A stretch of 64,000 nucleotides of DNA from Phoronis australis (Eukaryota > Animalia > Phoronida): the NCBI GenBank assembly GCA_002633005.1, contig NMRA01000472.1:186613-250612 (forward strand), in the 5' to 3' direction. The notes below the pieces were generated by a model, which ran no database searches, was not told the origin of the DNA, and saw only the letters and a program-made list of their open reading frames with translations. Both the position numbers and the translations under genes were made by a program. This document shows positions 13,601 through 44,096 of the stretch, in pieces; the stretch's first letter is position 1; each line of letters starts with the position of its first letter.

Positions 13601-16600
13601 ACGTTGACCACCGACAAGAGTAGCACAAGAAACATCCAAGCACTTAAATCCCTGAATACATAAATACAAGTTCTTCAATATTCTTGTCCTTACTTTTTTG
13701 ATGTGATCAATTTGAGTATTTTCCAGAAAGTAACTCAGATCCAAAGGCAGATTTTAAATATTTTCACAGGCGTCGGTTTCGCTACCATTCGTCATTCGGA
13801 AGCAGAAAACAACATTTTCGTTATTCTTTGAAATAAAAGGCGCTCGCGTACTTATTTTCAATTCTGTTTGAAAGCACCATGGAAATTATCCTGCTTTTGA
13901 ATTGAAATACATCAAATTTTCAATGATCTAAACCAGTCCTAATTTGCTGCATAAATATCGCAAATTTCAGAGTTAATACAACGGAGCATCATTCGTGATA
14001 TTCCTGCAAATTCCCCAAAATAAGCAGAATTCTGCCAAGTAAATTTCTCCTCACCAAGCCTCAAATGGTTAAGCCGATCATCTCCGTCTAGAGGCTTGGA
14101 GACGTTCAGCTATTCATTGCAAATGACCTTGTCTAATTAAACATCCAAACATTGATCGATCGATCAAAGATTTTTCAGCAAAGAGTTCGCATATGGTCTT
14201 TCCTTTACATTCTGACTTTACCAATTTAGAACACAGGATGAATTTAGTCAAAACAAAGATATCCTAAAACACACACGTATTCTTACTTTCAGCCCTGTAA
14301 GTGTATGTCTTATTTCACTATTAATTAAAAAAATAAAAGATGAGCGGAGTTTCCACGGAAACTGTATTACATATGGCGGAAGTTGTGCACCGCAAAATAA
14401 AAATTAAACTAAACAATTCATATTAAATTCAGTTAAGCTAATGTCTGGAGTTGTGTTAAATGGGCATTATTTTGAGTTAAATTTCGACTGAACTCGCGTT
14501 AAAATCCGTTTCAAGGTTTTTAAGAACTAAAACGAAATGAAACGAGTATCTTTAAAAGCAGATGACGTGTAAAAAGTCAGAAACTGCAATGGTGACTTTG
14601 AACCACCTTCAGTAATTTATGTATCTGAGCCTCAATTTTGTAGGCCGCGGTAAACAAACTCGGAGGTCTCGACTACCTTGCTTTGAACCATGTAGGCCTC
14701 ACGTCGTCAAACATGTGGCTGGGAAGTACATTCCAGTACGAAAGGCTTCATTCCAGTTTCAACTTGAATTTTTTCTCCTACGTCTACCTTGCCACGCATG
14801 CGCTTCCCGAGCTGGAGAAATCAAAAGGAAGTATACTCGTCATCGGCTCGCTCGCAGGTAAACAGCAGTTACATGTATAATGATGATAAATTGTAGGCAA
14901 GCACTGACGTTTTAATATAATACATGTAGGTCATAAAATTCATGTCAAGCACATACGAACTGTATAATGCTTTGTTTCAGTATCTTTCACTGAGAACTTT
15001 AGGCTGTAGACAATCTTTAGGGCTACCTTTTTGTGTATGTCTTCATCAACTTTCCATGTTTTTCACATAGAAGAAATAGGTATTATGATTGAGAATCACG
15101 GGATTTATTTACGCCAACGCCCTCTTTATCTATTTGGAGAATTATCTATATTTGAAGCGAAACTAATGTGAAATAATATCGACATTTTGAGAATTGGTAA
15201 GATGTTTTTTCAGGCAAGATTGCATCTCCAACGTTGGCGAAATATTGTGCTGAAAAATTCGCTTTGGACGGATTCTTTTCATCGTGGCGAATGGAGCTTT
15301 CAATGAGAAATGTGCCTGTGTCGATCACCTACTGCGTGCTGGGATTAATTGGTAAAGAGTACGCGCGCACGTATGAGCGTTTTCGAACCCCTTTAGGACT
15401 GCAGTGTCACATTCTCATAAAAGGTTGAAATGCGCTTTAACTTTAGTAGGTACTCCTCCAGAAACTCACGGATACACGAATCTCTGGATTCATACAAAAA
15501 GTGGCAACTTGTCTTTCACAGACATCCCCTCACACCCTGTTTTCAATAAACACACTCATGCTGAGATTACTTGGCACTTGGAGTTACTTTCGGTGACGAG
15601 CAATGCCGAACATTTACGCTTGTATGTCACCAGTCTGTATTCCTAGGAAAATGAGAACGTATGAGAAAGACTTGCAGACAAATTTGGATACTGCTTTGCT
15701 ACGTTACCAAGTTTTACTTTTACATTATCTACTAAGTACCTTGATACATCTTAGCGGAACAGCGAGGCACTGGTCGTATGGCAGAGGCAAACCCACATTT
15801 TGGACGTCCGCGGCGTGTTCTGCGCCTCTTTATCATGACAATTTTAGTATTTTCAGTTGGTACCTGCTTTTTGGCATCCGCTGCCCCATTATACTCTTTC
15901 GAAGTGGTACGACGAGTAGCACCGTCAATGGATTGTGATGAATGTGCAGGGGCGGATCCAGGATTTTGAGTTGGGGGGGCAGGGAACTAGCCAGGATTTG
16001 TCCGTCAGAAATTCGCACCCCCGAACTGCCAAATGGAACCTGAGAGAATTCTAAATCCGCCACTGATGTGCCTCTCTTTGTCAAAAGAACGGAAAAAACA
16101 TGGGGACAGCCAGATTGGTCGGAAGTTTACTTTCGGCAACAATACTGCAGGCTGCCGTTACAACAGACTAAGTCGATTTATCCCACGCAATTAGCCGTGT
16201 TCTGTGACTCACAACAGAGAGGCATCAACGTAAGAAATATGTCGTTTTATTGCAATAGTTTTTGGCTTATTCGCGGACCATGAAATTTCGCACAACTTAG
16301 AAATGGCACGGACACAATTCCTTCCTGTCGTTTCATTGGCTGTTCTGATCATACTGCACTGGCACCTAGTGTCTAACAAAATATACGAGGCTTGTTTTTT
16401 CCAAATTGAAACTGAGATTCTTACTAAACGTCGAAGTGTATTCTTGGAAACTACTGGAATTATCTTTTGAACATCTGGAGAAGTATTTAATCCAAATTTC
16501 CCATTGCCCCCCCCCCCCTGAATGGACGTGAAAGACAGGGTCATTGGTGTTGGTGTTAAGCTTTGTATCAGCCGCCAGGCGTCTCTGGTGTTTAACCTCT

Positions 16601-17952
16601 CCCCACTGGCTGGAGGGGAGATTCCAGAGTGTCCATGTTGGTGGATTGTTCACGTTTATTGCGCTGGCGAATATAATCACTGCTTAGGGACATTTGCGTT
16701 GTCTTTGAGCGAACTAACAAGTGGAACTATGGCCTAAATTCGCACGCAATTGCTATAAACTAAGAGACAGTGAATTGCGACTGCCAAAATCCTCCACATA
16801 ATATCAACCAGGTAAAAAGTGGGTGTCAACCAGCAGGAATTTTTACAAGTTGAAAGTGACAACTGGTATTCTCAAAAATCAAGCAAATGCTACAGTAACC
16901 ATGCGCGCACCCAGTTTAAAATATAGAGGGGCTCGAATTTCTCGGCATGGGGACTTTTTACTGAACAAATCAACGAGGACTAAAAAAAAAACTGTGCCAC
17001 TAGGTTCAGGCCTACGAATTGTGCATGTGCGCCGATTTTCTGTGTCCTTTGTGGACGTTTGTGTCGGTTACTCGCACTTTTTTCAGTGAGGCGGACCTTT
17101 TGGGGGGTTGGGGGGGGGCTCGTTCCAGTCCCCCGAGCCCCGGTCCTGGGTGCGCCCATGGTTACCTTCATGGCGCTGCGCAGAACACAAAATGCCCAAC
17201 CAACCCAGCAGGCGCCATTTTGTTATGAAGTTGCGGTAATTCAACAGTAACTAAAAAACTAATGAGTGCGATCATAATGACGCCTTATATCTGGTGTAGA
17301 CGTTGGTCGCAATTCAACGGTCGACGTTGCTCTTGAGCATCGGTGCTGTTCGTATTCACGCAAGCTACCCGCCTTCGTCGATCTCGATGAAATCAGTAGG
17401 AGAAACAATACGGCAAATGCGTCTCTATTTAGGAGAGCATGACTGAGGTTCATCATCAGATTTATCCGACTGCTGCAGTGCCTCCACTGGTAATTTCATT
17501 TTAGCGGATGGCTCAGCATTGCACATTCCATTTTAAGAATGACCTGCGCTGCACCTCGGGGGTGCAAATTTGATTTTAGCCTACTCGTTTAGCTCACTCT
17601 GGTTCATGAGAATATTTGAAAAAAAAATTCTTCTCTGCCGTCATTTGCGATACACAGTTTGAACCCTGAGTGATGATCTTGTCACTGTGTTTGTCCCACA
17701 CAATTTACGCTTGCTCTTTCAGATACCGACTTGGGAAATGACATTGCTGGGAAGACTAAAGCACACAAGCAGGGAAAAGCTCAATATGCTGACGCAAGCG
17801 ACACCGCTTTGGACATCATTAAAGGTGGAATCAACCGACAGAGGGAGGTGCACACACCGTACTTCTTTGTCAGGACTCTTACTTTGTTACGGGACTTTGC
17901 TACTGACTTATTTGAGAAAAATATGCAAGATGTGTTCGTAATTTCCGATTGA
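7656..17952 (+). CDS. HSD11B1L: 11-beta-hydroxysteroid dehydrogenase 1-like SDR, paralog A (294 aa, 6 coding exons)
   Basis: Exons 7656-7728, 11765-11895, 12460-12558, 14644-14857, 15214-15351, 17723-17952 (885 nt). All introns are GT-AG, phases 1,0,0,1,1. Protein: N-terminal anchor MWKAVLLLLIAMYVGYQLLD, Rossmann motif VIVTGASKGIG, ITARS, LGGLDYLALNH, GSILVIGSLAGK (catalytic Ser), YCAEK (YxxxK), [18 protein letters not shown]. These are hallmarks of the HSD11B1/HSD11B1L family. The symbol is family-level; orthology was not tested. Confidence 0.93.
8053..8807. mobile_element. Foldback-type element with ~150-bp imperfect TIRs and an internal ~90-bp tandem duplication
   Basis: 8053-8212 is the reverse complement of ~8670-8807; direct repeats at ~8380-8465 and ~8470-8580. 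Confidence 0.7.
9720..10320 (+). mobile_element. Degenerate HINE 3' portion in intron 1 of paralog A
   Basis: Monomer-like segments (gatggattttcatgaaattt) and a diverged 3' terminus gaagcatagcgtttgcggagcag...gctcatgtt. Confidence 0.55.
12037..12289. mobile_element. MITE with CATGCGCGCACCCAG TIR and 5-bp TSD CGAAA
   Basis: cgaaa|CATGCGCGCACCCA ... TGGGTGTGCGCATG|cgaaa. The empty site (gtacacgaaa...tgatac) is present in paralogs B (~22825) and C (~36855). Confidence 0.85.
13033..14551. mobile_element. Kolobok-type non-autonomous element (TTAA TSD) in intron 3 of paralog A
   Basis: TTAA|AGATACAC ... GAGTATCT|TTAA, with longer imperfect inverted arms (gaaacggattttaacg / cgttaaaatccgtttc). Confidence 0.6.
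15947..16065. mobile_element. MITE of the same family, 5-bp TSD ATGTG
   Basis: atgtg|CAGGGGCGGAT ... ATCCGCCACTG|atgtg. Confidence 0.78.
16900..17160. mobile_element. CATGCGCGCACCCAG-family MITE
   Basis: Both TIRs present; flanks gtaac/gttac (5-bp TSD with 1 mismatch). Further copies at 29974-30228, ~22230-22469 (truncated) and ~52132-52303 (degenerate). Confidence 0.75.
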
Positions 17953-19069
17953 TTAGCTTTATCAGTTAAATGTAATTTATACTACAAAAGACTGCGTGAT
18001 TATTCCAAACAACGTGCTTGGGTTCATTTATTTGTGCGAGAACGGTTTGACTTGGAACAGGCAATTTTAATGACACTTACCCTATCAGTGATACCCGTGG
18101 TAGAACTTGTGTTACCTGGGTGACCGACTAGATGTAATTAAGACTTTGGCGTCACCCAAGGGAGGGGTGAGGTTGAAAATTGTGACTAACGAGGAGGTTC
18201 AAATTACCGGGACTCTCGGATGTTTTTTTACTTAGTGCCCACCCGAAACACTGTAATCCGGGACAACTACATACCTTATAGTCTAATGTTGCGAGGCCAC
18301 ACTTCACAAGTATGAGGTGAGTTGAATAAAGCAAAGCCAAGCTAGTTTATGCAACAAACCTGTGCTGAAAAAGTAAAATAATTTACGACCTTACAACTAG
18401 CTCACACTAGCAAACCGCGCCACTGAAAGAGATCGTACACCTAGGGCGGAATGTTAAAATCTGGTGGAAAACGGCACACGCTTGATGGCGTAGCACTTGG
18501 TACTTTTCTTTGATTTCTGGGCTCTGTAAAACAGATCCGCGCAACTTGACGTCACCTCCCCGTAAGGTATACATAGTGTGGAAGCATGAAGAGTACACTG
18601 CGCAATCTTCACATACTCTGATCGAAGTCTGTTTACCACTCAGGCGCAAGTGCATCCGGCATCTTCAAAATACTATATTGAGCAAACTTCACATACTCTG
18701 ATCAAACTTTGTTTACCACCCAGGCGCAAGTGCATCCGGCTTCTTCAAAATACCGGCAAAACTACACAAATTTGAATTTTCACCCCCAAATCGCCGTTGG
18801 CATGCTATAATATTGAACCAACAGATTGTGAAATCTAACTACTAAAACCACCCATATTCTAAAAATTGAATTAACAAAAGTGTCGACCACTTAAATTTTT
18901 TTTGTAAATCTGAGAAGTGTGCGACGGGCGAATTTTGCACAGCGTGTTCAACCAAGGACGCAGAACATTCGGTTTGTGAGTTGCTTGTTACGGTATATAA
19001 TTGTTGATCGGACTTGGAATTTAGCTGTGGTAATCGAACACTTACCACGATCGAGTCACAGAACACATA

Positions 19070-19426
19070 CCGAGATTTTCCGTAGATAAACCCACCCGGT
19101 GAAACGCCCATGGGCGTTTATTTGATGTTACAACTTCTGGCTTCATGGGCCCAGATAGTGAGGTGTTCATTCGGAAAAATTCCTCTTAAAAATCCACTCG
19201 TCAACTTTTTTGTCACGTGGAGGATTTATCATTTATAAAAACGAACAAGCTGTTGGCGAACTAACATGAATTTTAAAAACACATTTTTAAGTAAAAATGT
19301 CAAAGTCTGAAAGACTATGACTTTCCGTTTACATGCCCCCCGGGCGTTTATTTGGTGTTACTAAAACCCCTGGAAATTTTCATTTTCCGAATACACGCCC
19401 ATGGGCTTATCTACGGAAAATCCCGA
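19070..19426. mobile_element. MITE with TA TSD (Tc1/mariner/pogo-like)
   Basis: TIR gattttccgtagataa / ttatctacggaaaatc. The empty site acacataccaagaaag is present in the paralogous flank at ~40613-40628. Confidence 0.72.
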
Positions 19427-19840
19427 TACCAAGAAAGTGAATTTTTCGATAACGCCAACACAGAAATTCACAACACACAATTCAAAGTCGTTCGTGTGTT
19501 TAAAGCGGTTACAAACCCACCTTCCATTAAAAACAAATTCCCTCATCTATCGTAAGGTTGCAAGCTCTTGACGGGTCACGCGGGTGAANCAGGTAATTCT
19601 CAAATTCCACTTGCCCGACGCAAAATCTACATGTACACGGGCAATCGGGCAACCGTTAGTGTTGAGCCCTGCCACCTTCCATTAAAAACAAATTCCCTCA
19701 TCTATCGTGAGGTTGCAAGCTCTTGACGGGTCACGCGGGTGAATTGACCTTTCCCAATTTTCCAGGTCATTGGTCAACACTCAGCATTCACCATTTTGCT
19801 AGATATGCTCAGAAGGCGTGTTTAAGACTATCCGTTTGAC

Positions 19841-33181
<13,341 letters not shown>

Positions 33182-33836
33182 AAATAAGCACACAACTGGT
33201 GTGGATTTTCAGATGGGTCCAACTACTGTGGTTCTCCCTAGGGACATTATTTTTGCATCTGAGGCTGTATCTACTCAACCTCTTGCAAGGTCACAGTTTC
33301 TATAGTTTAGTTTTATTCCTATTAATATAAACGCTTGCCCTGGAATGCCCATTCCCGCACGTGACCTATCTAACTATTCTATTGTTAGAGCTTGCGACCC
33401 CGAGACAAGCCGCGAGAGTTTGCACTGTGATTTTTCAGCTGTCTGCTCGACTAAGTTTTGATCAAGTGTTGTAGTTATCAAAGCTAGTCTAATTTCATTA
33501 CTTCATTATCATTTTGTCATTTTTGTTCATTAAGCGAGACTCTTGAGGCAACAAACCCGACAATTATACTGGTTTTTCAACACACAGACCTGTGACCCTG
33601 GCTGAATGCCGGGAATAGTGTGGGGTCTGACATCTTTTCAGTTTCAGTCTTAGAACCACTTTCAAACTACATGCTAGAAGTTTTCCAACAAGATATTTTT
33701 GAGCGTTAAAAACATGTTACTGTATTTTACGGAAAGAAGTGAAATAGGGTTTCTGAGTGTTTGTTCTGCAATTATAACTAGGCCTACTGGTGTAGTTACA
33801 GAACTTTCGAAAAACTACTCGTATTAGCGTAAGTTA

Positions 33837-33877
33837 GTGCGTGTGTGTGTGTGTGTGTGCGCGCGCGCGCGCGCGTG
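33837..33877. repeat. (TG)n(CG)n alternating purine-pyrimidine tract
   Basis: 41 nt of perfect RY alternation; Z-DNA-prone by established sequence rules. Confidence 0.85.
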
Positions 33878-35788
33878 ATTGTGTTTAAATTATTCCCGTT
33901 TTCAATTGTTTCATAACAATTCATATGTGCAATGTTTACCTGTTGCCCAGATACTTTCTGGATAATTCGATTTCTTAGCAGTAAATGTTACTAAATGTTA
34001 CCTGTATTATTTACCTATACCCGTGAAATAAAATATATTTAAAAATGACACGTTTACCTTGTAAAAGAATCCATTCCAATACTTCGTTTTGCAGACAGCG
34101 TACATGGTACTTGGCAATATACACTCTATTGTCCCGATCTAGGCGGACTGTTCCGCTGTTTTAATTTTTCCCGCCAACTCTGTACACAATCAAAAGGTCC
34201 CGCTTTTTCATTCGCTGCGAAATTCATATATTATCATATATACGACTGTAATTTCCCGTGCCACATTGCCTTATTTCCCGTTCAACTAAAAAGAAAAAAA
34301 AACGGGACGATTCATGGGTTTTCGCAATTTCCCACTCGACTTAGATAAACAAGAAGCCCTGTCGGGCGCTTTTGGGTGTTATGTCTTCTGTTCGACAGAA
34401 AACACTGTCGAGACGTTTTTTTTGTGTTGCGGGGAACATTTCAACATTTCGTTTTGGCATAGACCGAGATGTCCCGCTTTTTATCCGGAAGTCCAGCTTT
34501 TCAATTCAGTTGTCTCGTTTTTTCATTCTCGAATGCTGACTACAGTGAAACAGGTGTTCAAAATTACATAATAATTGTAAAATAACATGATAATAATTGT
34601 TTTTTTTTGTCATAAATGTAGTTATTTTCCAGAATCCACTTTCTTTAGTAACATGACAATTGTAAAATATATTCCAGTGATATGAGGGATTCGGTAAAAA
34701 ATGCTACGCATTCTCTGCTCAACCTCACCAACGCGACATCGCTGAAGTTGGCATGCCAGGGCTAGAGTTACAGAGGGACGGATTCGATTACGGCTGTGCT
34801 TTCTAATGGCAATTTGTAATGTTCTTTATGTCTGCCGTTGTGTCTTTGGAGGTCCTTCGTGGATTTTCATGAAAGTTGACAGACAGTTTTGTAATTGAGA
34901 CAACGGTGGTTTCCCAATTTCGGGCGGATTTGACGTATTCTGGGTATTCTGATGTCCATTTTTATAATACTAAAACACCATTAGTGACCATACCGCATTT
35001 ATAGGCGCAGGCACATATCTAAGAATGGCCATTACAGGCAAAGTGTCGCCGTAAAATTGCGACGCAAATAATTACTTTACGCCGTTAAGGGGTTCTGCTT
35101 TGTGTTCGTGGACCCCGATTTTTATTCATACGCTATAGCAGGAAGAGATAACCAGGATGGTTATAGTAATCTTGTAAGAAAATTGATGATGCTTTCTTAG
35201 TAAACTCTGACGCAGGCTGCAATTACATGAAAATCACGCGAAACCTATAATTTCTCGTCAACTTTACCGTCGTGGTTAGTGAAGGCACGTCAGGTACAAT
35301 ACGACCTACATCAGTACTATAATAGTAACAACAGCCAAATGAGGTCGCCCCGGTATCAGGTCGGTGCGTGTAAAGAATGACTAATTGACGGGTTTCGGTT
35401 GAGTAATTTTGCCGCCGATAAATCGCTGAGTTATCAGCCAGCATACGCATACCTCACGATTCTCGCTTGCTGATGCCACTGTGAACAAAAATAATGAAAG
35501 TGAAGCCGGCAATGATATTGCACTTGATTTGATAATCACAACACTCAGTCGTGCGCCAACTCGACTGAAATGCCCAATGCAAATTTTCTCGGCCAAAGGA
35601 ATCGCAAGCATTCACTTACTATTTAATCTACGATAGCGGGGTCACAAAGGTACATGTATAACGCCAGATAGAGGGCATAAAGGGTTACCGGCGTGAGTTG
35701 ACATTTCCAGTTTTTCCAGTTCACAAAGGTCGTGGTCAACACTCAACTTTTACTCGGAAGGTGTGTTTAATTTGGCTCTCGGTTTGAC

Positions 35789-39421
<3,633 letters not shown>

Positions 39422-42400
39422 TTATCTTGGCCAGTTTAATTTAAATTATTTGAGATTACAAGATTATTTCAGACAACGTGTTAGGGTTCAAGTATTTGTG
39501 CAGTGAAAGATTGATTTGGCGCAGGCTATTTTAATGCCGTCATCAAAGCTTAGGAGTACTGAGTTACCGTTAAGGTAAGGCCGTGCGGCTTGTGCCGCCT
39601 TGTAGAATTTACATTACCTTGGTGACCAAGAAGAGGTGAGATTTTGTCGACTGCGACTGTCGAGGGAGGTGAAGCGGTTATGAAACTCGTGGTATTGGAG
39701 TGAAAAATGTTTCAACGGGGGAGGAGCGGGTGTTGAAAATTGTGAGGAGACCGTAGGGGTCGCAGTTTAAATTACCAGGACCCCGATGTCAGTATGCTTA
39801 TAGTACCCACTAAAAATACCCTAACCCGGCAAAACTACAAAGTCTTGTCATATAATAACACAAGTGCACCATAAGCAAGTTCAAAGAGGCAAGTTCAAAG
39901 AGGCAAGTTTTTCGAACGTTCGGCGAGACCACGGGACTATAATGCAAGAAGTCAGTGCGTAACAAGTAAAATGCACATTAGCAAACGGCTGCTTCTGAGC
40001 TTGTTCTACCATGGCTTCGACGGCGATGTTGAAATCTATAGAGAAAAACGGCACACGTCAGATGGCGTGACAGTTCTATGAATTTGGTCTTTAAAAACTA
40101 AGTATACGTAGCTCGAGATCTCTTTCTCACACATGTACAAAATATGACGATTATGCTGGGCCAAAAATTTCCCATATCGGCAAAACTAATTTTCCACGAC
40201 CCCGGTGTACGGCACACACTGAGGCACAAGTGTAGCCGGGTACTGTCGCAAAATACCAGCAAATACACAGACTAGAATTGACAATTTTCACCTCCAAATA
40301 ACCACTGGAATTGCGATAATATGGAACCAACAGAAACAGTGAAATTTAGCGTCCAAAGCTTTTGAATTCTAAAACTGAGTGAAAACTAAGTATCGACCAG
40401 TTGAGTGTTTTTTAAATCTGAGGTGTGTGAGGGGTACCATCGTGAACCGAAGACGGACTAATTTTGGACAGCGAGTGTTAACCAAGAACGCTAAACAGTA
40501 GGTTTTTATGGTTAGTGAGTTGCTTGGTAGCCCTATATCACTGTGCTTATCGGACTTCGGCTTTAGCGGTGATAACCGAACATTTATACATGTACCACGA
40601 TCGAGCCACAGGACACATACCAAGAAAGGCAACTTTCCCAATTAGGTACGGGAACCCTTCTTACCATTCTCCACAGAATACTTAATTACCACGCATCTCA
40701 AGAAGCGCTGCTTACGTACCACGCAAAAAGTTGCTACGAAATCAAAGATACATGTACGACCACATACAACTAACGCATTTATCACAGTCACAGCGTTGCA
40801 GGTAGGGCCTACTACTAGAGTTCTTAATGCGTGACAAGAATTCTTGTGGGTGTGTGGTGTTTTGCGGACCTCTATATGGCAATTTGGGTTCTGTGGCCTT
40901 TAATTGGTAAGAGTTTGATTAACACACATGGACTTACAGTTGTTGGTATCACCATAAGGGATAGTTCCGACAAACGCAGATAAGCCGCGCCTACCACACG
41001 GTTACCATTGTGACGGAACTCTATAATTATGTGGCAAGCGCACTTAAGCAACAGATTCTCTACAAAGTCAAGTTTTCTCGTGGGGGCCAAAAGAGCCGTT
41101 TTGAGTTACATAATTTCGGCCTGGGTCACTCTGTTGTGCCTGATGCAATTACGCACAGGATAGAATTGTAGTCCTGCTGGAATGCCCATCGACTCTCGCA
41201 CATGCATGACCTATGCATTGTATTCGAGCTTAGTTGCGACCCCGAGATTAGCAGCCAGACTTCGCACGTACTGAAAGGGGTTGATAAAGAGTTTTCTAAT
41301 GACATGACTCTTAGTACGCAATTCGGTTGAAAAACGGCGGAGCTGTGAAAAGTTTGATGGCCGTAAATTCCATAGCAAGATCCAACACCGCGGAACAATG
41401 CGTATGCAAACAATTTTCACACATGTGCCATGCAACCTCAGGCTCAACAGCGCAAGATCAAAGTTGGCATTCCAGGACCAAAGTTCTATGTAAAATAATA
41501 CATCTGGGGTGTCAAGTTTTTCCAGAAAGCAGTTAACAAGCAGAACGCATTGGTCGGACTACTTTCCAGTGAAAGAGCGAATCAATATCGTGGCTCAGCA
41601 GTGTTGATCATCGTGTAGTTTGAAACAGATAGCTTTATTTTAAAATTTTCGCAACGATGAATGCAATCATTCAAATTTTAAGTAATTCAAGTAAGCTAAA
41701 AACAGGTTTACAGAGTAGTGTATTTTTATTTTAAATCACAACAATACAGATAACAGCAATCATGAATTACTTGTTGAAAGTTATTAATTGATTCAGACGG
41801 AAAATCACCCACTATAAAATACGCTTTCGCATTTCAAAGTGGATCACAAAATAGCATATTGTAACGTGGAATAAATACACAGTTTTCATTGTTTGTCGCA
41901 CCTTTGAACAAGCCTTTGGTGGTGAACAACGGCACACGTAAAATATACCACAAAGAAATTTCTTTTCATTGCTTCACACCCATTTTTATTAGACAAAAAA
42001 TATAATATACGATAAACGAATGGCAATCGAAACTTCAAAGGAAATTACAATGGTCTACACAGCAGACCTATATGAGGAAAGAGAAATAAGTGTCCTATTT
42101 TACAAAAACACCCAGGACTGTGCATGACTTGCTATGTCATACAAAATCATACGGAGTCGTCTGATGCCACTAAGTTACCTGGAATCGTGTGTACTGCAGA
42201 GGCGATGCTTTAAATTGGAAAGTGAACAAGGCACGAAGTAAAAAACCTGGGCATAAACTTGGATACAACTATACGGTAACTCCCAAGTAGACTAAGTTAC
42301 TTCTTCAACACACACTGTCTACAAAACTAACAAGGCTGTCACGCAGAATACAGCAAGATATATCAAGGCTAAGTACTTCAACCATTGTCATCTGGAAAAT

Positions 42401-44096
42401 CGGAATGATAGCTAATATGACTTTCTCAACAAAAACAAGCTTTTCTGGTAATTCAAACTGATACATAACATTAGCTGTCACCTTTCAACTATCCAAAGGA
42501 AATGAAGAGAGGATACTGTGTGAACGGGGACTCTTAGTTAATATCAAAATGGAAAAGACTACAGAATAGAATGACCCTTCATATCAGGTGACCTTCAAAA
42601 GATTGCTACGCGGATAGAAGACAAAGATCTTAGAACACAGTTGATGTGAAGAATTTAGCCACGCATTCACGCAAAATTATGCATCTTTATAATGTTAAAT
42701 GGACCGTTAATGCAGCTTGATACAGTTATATTCTTCAGAAAAAAATCGGGCTGCAGTGACGTGTACATAAATGTGATCAACTTTTTTTTCCAACTACCTA
42801 TCCAAAATTTGCAAGGTTTTCTGATATTTTTTCTTTTGTCGAACAGGAGAAGTTTCAATTAAAAGTGACTGAGACAGTCCACAAAGAGCGGGGCTATTAG
42901 CAAGTACAATGCATGCTTTCGGTAACACAAAATATTAGATTGGCTTCTTTTACAAAGTAAATTTTTTATTTTTTAAAATTTCATTTCGAACATCTGAAAA
43001 CACTCAGAACCTGACAGCGTTTTCCCGTTCAGTGACTTTACCAGACGTAGGGGGTTCTGGGCGTGTGATAACATCTAGCTTCGGTTAACTGCCAAGCGAG
43101 CTCTTCTGTCGGTTGCAGTTGGGCGATTTTGGCGATTCAAAAACTAAACATGATCACCATTTGATGAAGATTTTAGAAATGCTATTGGTTTATGTTCAAA
43201 TATGATATAACTTAACTTTTATTTTCAACAGCACAACCCAGTCAGGGTAGATACGTTAATTAGAGCAATTATCGAACAAAAGAGAGCTGGCCCTCCAACA
43301 GTGAATGCCAGATGGAGTTAATCAGTCATGTAAGATATTGGCTAAATAAAAATACCTAACATGTAGTTGGACAGGTTGTCGAAAGCGGCTCTAAGAATGG
43401 AGCTGCAAAGATATCACAGGCCGGCTAGCCTGTTTCAAAATGAGTTTGCAACCACACAAATTGTCAGTCGCCCACTGTGACCGACCGATATCCGATGCTG
43501 TCACCTGCCGTCGGATTTGGGTATCAACGTAGCCATTTTTATTTTTCTGACAGAAATTCTCAGTGTCGTGACAAGATTTAGACACCGACTCACCCTCTCA
43601 GCGTGGTATGTAGGCCTACTCTCCATGTCCACACTTAATTGCTCCAAGTAAAATTTAAGCCTTCTCAATTATCCGGAAGTGATGAGAATTAGTTAAGACT
43701 TAGCTTTGAATAACTCCAGTTGTTTTTCCATTGCCATTGCCCGGGGCATGGCAATGCCCCATTGATTGTCATCAATATTCTGTGATTGTTAATTCACTTA
43801 ATTATTCTTTGATTGGTAACCTGGTAACTCGTTCATTGACCTCTGAATAAATTAGGCCAATAACATGTTGGTTTATGCATTCGCTTCAAGTGTATATGTA
43901 AGCGTACGGTACCGTATTCGCTTTTACTCGGGATTTTGCCGTCAAGTTTAATTGACCTTAACCTTGCCTCTAGGAGTTGTCTGTCTGCTGCAACGTGAGT
44001 TTTGTTTACTTATAGCTTGTATTCTTAATTATTAATCGTGCACCTGTGGTGTTCCAAGTGATGTGGCACGTGGAGAGGCAGCACCATTGCATGCTT

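Noticed and set aside
40800-43900. Possible minus-strand exons (for example near 43010-43140)
   Set aside because: No consistent open frame, splice chain or recognisable protein motif.
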